From: Lama glama
Taxonomy: Eukaryota
NCBI GenBank assembly: GCA_028534125.1
Contig: CM052832.1
Coordinates: forward strand, 11,844,001-11,908,000
DNA: 64,000 bases
Direction: 5' to 3'
The notes under the pieces are model-generated. The model made no database searches, had not been told where the DNA came from, and saw only the letters and a program-made list of their open reading frames with translations. A program made the position numbers and the translations under genes. Of this stretch, positions 63,090 to 64,000 are shown one piece after another. Each line of letters starts with the position of its first letter. Position 1 is the stretch's first letter.

Positions 63090-64000
63090 CTGAAAACAAA
63101 AGTCAAGAACTTAGCCTATGATCATGTAACTGATCAAATGTGATAAATCACTGTGGATCTTACAGCTTTGCTCTCTGCTTTACTTTACTATAAGAAGTTT
63201 TCAATATGATTGTAGAATAAATTTTTTTTGTCTGCAAAAAGATGTCAATAATTGCAAATCTTAAACTGCAGCCTCCTCTGGTGCCTTTCCCTGAGTTCTG
63301 CACTTTGCTTGTTTTGGCCTAGCCTCAGGCAGGGCCTTCATGCAAACTCTTCTCCTATTCCATCCTCAACCCTTTGCTTCCCTAATTCCTACTAATCTTT
63401 CAGATCTCAGCTGAAATGTCACCACTCAGGGAAATCTTCACTAATTCACCAAGAAGATCCTGTCCTCTACTAAACACACTCAGAGCACTGAACTTATTTT
63501 AAATCCTTCCTTGAACTAATTTCAATGCAAATTTATCGTTTAATTAGAAATATTTCTCAGTGTTTAAAAACTATTAAAAATATGAGAATTCTGTTAAATG
63601 GCTGGTTCCAATTTTAAAGATACAAAAATCAACAATCTTTCCATTCACAACCATAACCAATTTAAAGTACGATAAAAGAAAATTTTAACTTCCCATCACA
63701 AAACCACAAACATCTTTTGTGTGCCCAGCCCTCCTTCCTTTGGGTTTAGGGGATTTCTCCTGCTCTGTGATTCCGCAGGACACCAGTGTCAGAGCCCTGT
63801 AAGGGTGGGCATATGAAAACTAGGCTAATTAGACTCTCTGCAAGAATATAAACCTTGAATGGAGACGCACAAAGGTAACAGGATTTGAGAGATGTCAATC
63901 TACTGATGAATCCTAAAGAAACTGCCTTGAAACCCATAGAAATGATCTATTCCTGTTTTTCCCAAGGCCTAGTAGTTCAAATAGTTCTGAATTTTGTGAA

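Overview
Mammalian genomic DNA (AT-rich, intron-dominated; two tRNA-derived SINEs suggest a camelid) containing an internal part of the axonemal dynein heavy chain gene DNAH8 on the minus strand. I traced 31 coding exons with splice sites and reading phase: 13 tail exons (63089-33222), 17 tail/linker exons (29263-3157) and one AAA4 exon (677-524). Both 500-N gaps (1341-1840, 31967-32466) break the exon chain in phase and in content, so they appear to be placeholders hiding many exons. One intron needs a GC donor. The introns hold ordinary mammalian repeats (L1, L2, MIR, MLT1, hAT/MER, an ERV1 solo LTR). Less obvious features are two heavily decayed Ty3/Gypsy pol remnants (one with integrase upstream of RT), a probable cTAGE/MIA-family retrocopy fragment, a candidate L1 3' transduction, a 24-bp templated insertion and an 18-bp hairpin. 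I find no evidence of a novel functional multi-gene system. Repeat family names and orthologue comparisons come from recognition and memory, not from a database search.
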